From Candidatus Nanopelagicales bacterium (GTDB lineage: Bacteria > Actinomycetota > Actinomycetes > S36-B12): a stretch of 64,000 nt of DNA. The position numbers and the translations under genes were made by a program. The stretch covers positions 494 through 64,493 of the forward strand of contig JBMTDJ010000003.1 in NCBI GenBank assembly GCA_049431945.1, read 5' to 3'. Of the stretch, positions 59,227 through 64,000 are shown piece after piece; the stretch's first letter is position 1, and the number at the start of each line of letters is the position of its first letter. The notes beneath the pieces are model-generated. The model was not told the DNA's origin. It made no database searches and saw only the letters and a list, made by a program, of their open reading frames with translations.

Positions 59227-60270
59227 GTGACGAAGACTCCCTCACCCGTGCTGCTGCCGGTGAATCAATTCGACCACTTCTATCGCGGCGGCGACCGCAT
59301 CGGCCGGTTGCGCGGTGGCCCCGGCGGCCCTCAGCGACCGGAGGAGTGGATCGGCTCCACCACCACGCGATTCGGCCAGCAGACACAGGGCCTGAGCGCG
59401 CTGCCCGGTGACGGATACCTTCGCGACGCCGTGGTCGCCGACCCGGCTGCCTGGCTCGGCCCTGCCCACGTGGCCCGCTACGGCACCGACGTCGAGGTAC
59501 TCGTGAAGTTCCTGGACCTCGGTCAGCGCCTGCCCGTGCACCTGCACCCCAACCGCGAATTCGCTCGTCGGCATCTCGGTCTAGCCCATGGCAAGACCGA
59601 GGCGTGGTACGTGGTCGACGCCCCGCCCGGAGCGCGCGTCGGCGTGGGCTTCGCCGAAACGATGCCACTCGCCGAGGTCGCGGCGATGGTCGCCGCCCAC
59701 GACAGCGCGGGCCTCCTCGCCTCCCTTCGCACGCGAGAGGTGCGCCCGGGCGATGCGATGCTCGTCCCCGCCGGGCTCCCCCACACCGTCCAGGAGGGGG
59801 TCTTCGTCCTCGAACTCCAAGAGCCCACCGACCTATCCATCCTGCTCGAGTGGCAGGACTTCGCCGTCGATGGCGACCGCGATGGTCACCTCGACCTCGG
59901 CTTCGACGTCGCCCTCCAGGCCGTCGACACCTCGGCGATCACGGACGCTGACCTCGATCGCCTCGTCGTTCGCCGCGAGGACATCGATAGGGCGGGCCTC
60001 ACCTCGGCCCTGCCTCCAGAAGCGGACAGCTACTTCCGAGCCCAGCACGTCGATACAAGCGCCGGATCCGTGCCAGTCGATGCAGGTTTTGCTGTCATCG
60101 TGGTCCTCGACGGTGCCGGCTCCATCACGTCGGGCCATGGAACTCACCCCGTGGCGAAGGGTGACGTACTGCTCATGCCGTACGCCGCGGGTGACTGGAC
60201 GGCAGACGGCGCGCTCGTGGCGGTCGCGTGCAGGCCGCCCGCCCCCGATGCTGCCGAGGCCACCCGCTGA
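59227..60270 (+). CDS. Class I mannose-6-phosphate isomerase-like cupin (sugar-phosphate/sugar isomerase)
   Basis: LPVHLHPNREFA...GKTEAWYVV...VPAGLPHTV...ELQEPTDLS matches the short bacterial type I PMI pattern. The start is GTG 59227. Confidence 0.75.
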   Translation: MTKTPSPVLLPVNQFDHFYRGGDRIGRLRGGPGGPQRPEEWIGSTTTRFGQQTQGLSALPGDGYLRDAVVADPAAWLGPAHVARYGTDVEVLVKFLDLGQRLPVHLHPNREFARRHLGLAHGKTEAWYVVDAPPGARVGVGFAETMPLAEVAAMVAAHDSAGLLASLRTREVRPGDAMLVPAGLPHTVQEGVFVLELQEPTDLSILLEWQDFAVDGDRDGHLDLGFDVALQAVDTSAITDADLDRLVVRREDIDRAGLTSALPPEADSYFRAQHVDTSAGSVPVDAGFAVIVVLDGAGSITSGHGTHPVAKGDVLLMPYAAGDWTADGALVAVACRPPAPDAAEATR

Positions 60271-60272
60271 CG

Positions 60273-61619
60273 ATGACCGAGTTGCTGGTCGGCATCGACG
60301 TCGGGACGACGCGTGTCAAAGCCTTGGCCGTCTCCCTCGACGGAGCGGTGGTCGGGGAAGCGGAGGAGACCACTCCATGGCGCCACGACGGAGCGTGCGC
60401 GGATATCGATGCTGACGTCCTCGCCGGAGTAGCCATGGCGGTGGCCGATCGGTGCCTGGACGATCAACGCGTCCCGACAAGCGCGATCGTCCGAGGTGTC
60501 GGAGTGACCGGCATGGCCGAGGCCGGCGCGCTGCTCGACGCCGCCGGGAATCCGTGTGCGCCCACGCTCGTCTGGCACGATCCGCGAGGACTCGCCGAGC
60601 CGATCCGGTCCCGAGTCCCCCGAGCGGAGTTTTGGCGCGCCTGCGGCATCCGTCTCAACTCCAAGCCGTCCCTCGCCAAGATCCTCTACCTGTACGACGC
60701 GTTCCCCGGGACTCGCGAGCGCGCGCACCGACACCTCGGCATCGGCGACTGGGTCGTCCACGCCATGGGCGGCGAGCAGGTCGCTGAGCGTTCGATCCTC
60801 TCTCGCACGGGTCTGTACGACGTCCTTGCCGATGAGCCGTGGGATGTCGCCACCGAACTGGTCGGGGATCTCACTGCACCGCGCCGCATCTGGGCCGGGG
60901 AATCGGCCGGGACTGTCGGCGGCGCGGCACCGCAGCGACTACGCGGAGCGACGCTGACGGCCGCAGGCCTAGACCACGAGTCGGCGGCGTTCGCGATGGG
61001 AGCAATGCGCCTGGGTGTGCTCACCGACTCCTTGGGCACGGCGGAGGCACTGCTGCGCGTGTTCGCCCCCGTAGATCGTGACACGGTCGAGCGTCTCGTC
61101 GACCGCGATGTCGGCGTTGGCTGGGGCGTCGTGCCCGGCTACCTGTGCATCGTCGCGGGCCTGCTCACCGGCCTATCCCTGGAGCGCATGGCAGCACTGC
61201 TCGGTATCACCGAACGCGCAGCTCGACGTGCGGTCTCCGAGGAGGCGCTGACGGTCGACCGCTCCGGCGTCCCCTTTCGCATCGCCGAGGCCAGCCACGA
61301 GGGCCTCGGCCTTGCGGGGGTTACGGAAGGGCTGTCACCCGCCCTGGCCTGGCGCGCAGCGGTCGAGGATCTCACCGCCATGTCCACCGATCTCATCGAC
61401 TTCATCGAGTCCGTCATCGGCACGCGAACCGAAGCCATGGTGACCGGTGGCTGGTCGCACGATCCGACTGTCGCCGCCGCCAAGCGACGCCAATTGGGCG
61501 ACTACACGACGAGCGCGATCAACGAGGCCGCCGCCATGGGAGCCGCGTTCTTCGCCGGCATCGCCGCGGGCCTGCTGGAGCGCCCCGGCGCGGATGAATC
61601 CCCCCGCTGGGCTACGTGA
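60273..61619 (+). CDS. FGGY-family carbohydrate kinase
   Basis: MTELLVGIDVGTTRVKALAV (the ATPase phosphate-1 motif) and a C-terminal FGGY domain (VTGGWSHD...NEAAAMGAAFFAG). ATG 60273 lies 2 nt after the isomerase stop. Confidence 0.85.
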   Translation: MTELLVGIDVGTTRVKALAVSLDGAVVGEAEETTPWRHDGACADIDADVLAGVAMAVADRCLDDQRVPTSAIVRGVGVTGMAEAGALLDAAGNPCAPTLVWHDPRGLAEPIRSRVPRAEFWRACGIRLNSKPSLAKILYLYDAFPGTRERAHRHLGIGDWVVHAMGGEQVAERSILSRTGLYDVLADEPWDVATELVGDLTAPRRIWAGESAGTVGGAAPQRLRGATLTAAGLDHESAAFAMGAMRLGVLTDSLGTAEALLRVFAPVDRDTVERLVDRDVGVGWGVVPGYLCIVAGLLTGLSLERMAALLGITERAARRAVSEEALTVDRSGVPFRIAEASHEGLGLAGVTEGLSPALAWRAAVEDLTAMSTDLIDFIESVIGTRTEAMVTGGWSHDPTVAAAKRRQLGDYTTSAINEAAAMGAAFFAGIAAGLLERPGADESPRWAT

Positions 61620-63057
61620 GGGTGTTCCGCCTCTCGTAGGTGGTGGCGCCGGACGGCATCGTGACCTTCCCTGATGGACACGGCCCCTTCGCGCCCACGA
61701 TCCGCAGCTTCTCCACACTCCCCGTCGTCATCGTGATGTACACGGTCGGGCCGGGAACCATTCCTCGGCGGAAGATGAGTCGGTCGTAGCACACCACCTC
61801 GCCGGGCTTGACCGAGGAGAAGGGACGGTTGTTGCCCGACGACGTCGGGGTCAACTCGTAGAAGCCGGGCTGGATGCCCTTGATCTGGGTGCGCTCACCG
61901 ATGCTCACGCCCCACGCAGCCTTGTCCGACCAGTGCCGTGCGAGGGCGATGTGGAAGTCCTCCACCTGACTCATGTCCCGCTTGCCCTCGGCGAGCCACA
62001 CGCCCGCGGCGGTACCCGCGACGTCGGAGACGAGCTGCCCGCAGCCGTTGTCGCCATCAACCTTGGCCTGGATGCGCGTCCGGAGTCCCGGCTCGTAGTA
62101 GTCCACGTGGCATACTCCCGCTGCCCATCGCGGCGAGTAGGCGCCTGGATCCAACTTGCCAGCGGCGGGCTTGGAGACATCTGTGAAGCCGAAGTCGAAT
62201 CCGTGCGCGCGACCGCTGGACTTACCGATCTTGGTTCCTGCGGCTACAGGCAAGCGCAGGTACTCGTAGAAGCAGTCCTGGGTGTCGGCCGTCTGGCCCG
62301 CCTGCTGGCAACGCTGGCGCGGCGATGCCTTGGCGGCGGTCATGAACTCCTCGGGGACATTGTCGATGTGCGCCGTGAAGAACCACAACCGATCACACAC
62401 CGAGAAGGCCATCATCGTCTCGGAGTAGCGAGCCCCATCTCGCTCGACGTTCTGCTTGATCAGTCCGCGAAGAACCATGTCGGCGGGCGCGAACACGTCC
62501 ACGATCTCTGATCGGTACGCAACCCCGTTGGGGTCCTTGCCAGAGCCCGTCGGCTCACCGGTGTTGTAGTACATGTGGGGAACGGGCATAGCGTGCGACC
62601 CCGGCTGCATGAAGCCCTGCGGAGTGATCGAGTCGAGTGCGTCTAGATCGGTCACCAGGTGCGTGAGCGGGTGCTCACCGCATGCTGGGCCGACACGCTG
62701 CGCTGTGAGCACATCCCAATTCGACACGAACCACGATGGCTCGCCTCGCCATCCCAGCGGAGGCAGATCGTCGGGGTACCCCGCCGGGACCTTCCATTTG
62801 CCGTCCGCGGGCACGGGCTGACTGGTGTAGTCGTCGCCGCCACCACCACCACCGCCGCCGCCGCCCTTGATCTTCCTCCAGACGAGTTTCTTGCCCTTCT
62901 TCACGCACTTGAACAGACCGCCCTTCCCGTCCTCCCAGACGAGCCCGGCCTTAGGACAGGGCTTTCCGGGTTTCGGCACGGGAGCGGCGGCGGGGGCGCT
63001 GATTCCGAGAGCACTCAGCACCACGGCGAGCGCGAGGATGGCGGCGGTACGGCGCAT
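61612..63057 (-). CDS. Secreted protein of unknown function with an N-terminal Cys/Lys module and Gly10 linker
   Basis: Signal peptide MRRTAAILALAVVLSALGISAPAAA, then PCPKAGLVWEDGKGGLFKCVKKGKKLVWRKIK, 10 consecutive Gly, and a ~400-aa Cys-containing domain. No family recognised. Confidence 0.6.
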   Translation of the reverse strand: MRRTAAILALAVVLSALGISAPAAAPVPKPGKPCPKAGLVWEDGKGGLFKCVKKGKKLVWRKIKGGGGGGGGGGDDYTSQPVPADGKWKVPAGYPDDLPPLGWRGEPSWFVSNWDVLTAQRVGPACGEHPLTHLVTDLDALDSITPQGFMQPGSHAMPVPHMYYNTGEPTGSGKDPNGVAYRSEIVDVFAPADMVLRGLIKQNVERDGARYSETMMAFSVCDRLWFFTAHIDNVPEEFMTAAKASPRQRCQQAGQTADTQDCFYEYLRLPVAAGTKIGKSSGRAHGFDFGFTDVSKPAAGKLDPGAYSPRWAAGVCHVDYYEPGLRTRIQAKVDGDNGCGQLVSDVAGTAAGVWLAEGKRDMSQVEDFHIALARHWSDKAAWGVSIGERTQIKGIQPGFYELTPTSSGNNRPFSSVKPGEVVCYDRLIFRRGMVPGPTVYITMTTGSVEKLRIVGAKGPCPSGKVTMPSGATTYERRNTLT

Positions 63058-63132
63058 GAGGGCCTCCCAGGAACGGGTACGCGCAGTATGGACCCGCGAG
63101 CGACCGTTGGCTAGACCCTGAACCCCGGAATT

Positions 63133-63564
63133 TCAGCGCTGCAGGCGCAGGGTGCAGTCCGACGCGAGGTCCCAGGACATGACCAGTCGGAGCCGGTCGA
63201 GGCAGTTGGTGAGCACGAGAGCCCCGCGCCCGTCGAGGCGCCCGATGACCGTGCGCCCGCCTCGGTCGAAGGTCCCCTTGCGTGCGGCGATGACCACATC
63301 CGATCCGACCACGGTGGCGCTCACGGGCATCCGACGGTCTCGGCTGCCGTCCTGTCGCTCGAAGCGCAGGTGGCCGACGTAGCCCACGGCCCGGCCCGGG
63401 GCCTCCCGCAGGACCAGGAAGTAGCCGATCCGGTTGTCTCGCAGCGAATCCGAGACCCAGCGACCTGCCAGATCGGGGCCGTCGGCGGCGGCGGCGCCCG
63501 GAGCGAGAGTGATCGCGAGGGCAGCCGCGGCCGCGGCGGCGACGAGGCTGCGAGGACGGGGCAC
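63133..63564 (-). CDS. Small secreted protein, unknown function
   Basis: Signal peptide (SLVAAAAAAALAITLAPGAAAA) followed by ~115 aa of beta-like sequence. The competing 346-aa ORF (62951..63991) is Arg/Pro/Gly-rich frame noise. Confidence 0.5.
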   Translation of the reverse strand: MPRPRSLVAAAAAAALAITLAPGAAAADGPDLAGRWVSDSLRDNRIGYFLVLREAPGRAVGYVGHLRFERQDGSRDRRMPVSATVVGSDVVIAARKGTFDRGGRTVIGRLDGRGALVLTNCLDRLRLVMSWDLASDCTLRLQR

Positions 63565-63685
63565 GGGTCAAGTGTGGGGGGCGCACGACGGATCGGCCAC
63601 CGGAGCGGCGCGCGGGAATGACCCGTCTCGATCTGCGGGGCGCGGTCCGCACTGTTACCCTCGCCGGTAGCCCAGGAGGTGCGAA

Positions 63686-63934
63686 ATGTCCGAAAATGCA
63701 CAGGACCCCGCTGACGTGCTGCGCACCGTGTGGCAGGGCACGCCCGGAGCGATGCAGGACCTCGACGCCGAGTGCAGTCCCACCAAGGCCTGCCGCAACA
63801 TGAAGGACATCACCTTCGACGGCTACGCCGACGAGGGCGGCGATCTGCGCACTGCATGGCGCAACACTCTGGCGAAGGAAGGCAAGCTCGGCACGGGATC
63901 CGTGGCGGACCTCGTCTTCGGCAACCCGGACTGA
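63686..63934 (+). CDS. Hypothetical 82-aa acidic protein
   Basis: AGGAGG SD 7 nt upstream of the ATG, with balanced composition. No family recognised. Confidence 0.5.
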   Translation: MSENAQDPADVLRTVWQGTPGAMQDLDAECSPTKACRNMKDITFDGYADEGGDLRTAWRNTLAKEGKLGTGSVADLVFGNPD

Positions 63935-63941
63935 GCGGCCC

Positions 63942-64000
63942 GTGTCCTTCGACGACCTCACGGTCCCGCAGTTGACCGACGATCTTCTCAACCAGGGCTA
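63942..64000 (+). CDS. Possible 5' end of a CDS (DEAD-box helicase-like N-terminus), runs off the window end
   Basis: GTG 63942 gives VSFDDLTVPQLTDDLLNQG(Y), with GC3-rich codons. This resembles the F-x-D/S-L...L...GY Q-motif region of DEAD-box helicases. Only 19 codons are visible. Confidence 0.3.
   Translation, partial: MSFDDLTVPQLTDDLLNQG

Noticed and set aside
62951-63991. 346-aa minus-strand ORF covering the last kilobase
   Set aside because: Its extreme Arg/Pro/Gly content indicates frame noise. It overlaps a signal-peptide ORF (63133..63564) and an SD-preceded plus-strand ORF (63686..63934), both with normal composition.

Overview
This is a high-GC chromosomal segment that looks actinobacterial. 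It holds about 70 CDS and 4 tRNA genes, with no rRNA, CRISPR array, transposase, integrase or recognisable defence genes. Positions 1-44.3 kb form a dense housekeeping block, almost entirely on the minus strand. Its gene order is nusB-efp-pepQ-like-aroQ/B/K/C, prepilin peptidase, aroE-mltG-ruvX-alaS, rarA, aspS-hisS, ppiB-like, relA, secFD-yajC, ruvBAC, yebC-pdxTS, then pimA / PIM acyltransferase / pgsA, HIT and thrS. From memory this matches the M. tuberculosis Rv2533c-Rv2614c region. Positions 44.4-64 kb start at a Gly-Cys-Val tRNA cluster and are more variable. They contain a TetR/hydrolase pair, ADH/thioesterase, membrane proteins, zapE, a stand-alone LigC-type ligase and LigD-type primase-polymerase, an aldehyde dehydrogenase and PPK2. 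They also hold a four-gene sugar-phosphate cassette and several secreted or small proteins of unknown function. I found no convincing self-contained novel system. The most interesting items are listed here. (1) A collagen-like Gly-X-Y protein missing from the ORF track, because it runs off the window start. (2) An uncharacterised kinase/isomerase/aldolase/dehydrogenase cassette with an LsrK/LsrF-like pair. (3) A CDS whose ATG shares the terminal A of an encoded tRNA-Val CCA. (4) Two mutually exclusive mini-ORFs in the tRNA-Val-to-thrS spacer, one of them Thr-rich and overlapping the thrS start as ATGA. (5) An EF-G paralogue with an SKAD G4 motif inserted into the thrS-PIM locus. (6) A split LigC / Prim-Pol pair with no Ku in the window. 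(7) A secreted 481-aa protein with a Gly10 linker. All family calls come from motif recognition by eye, not searches. Several start codons were re-chosen relative to the longest-ORF track and remain provisional.
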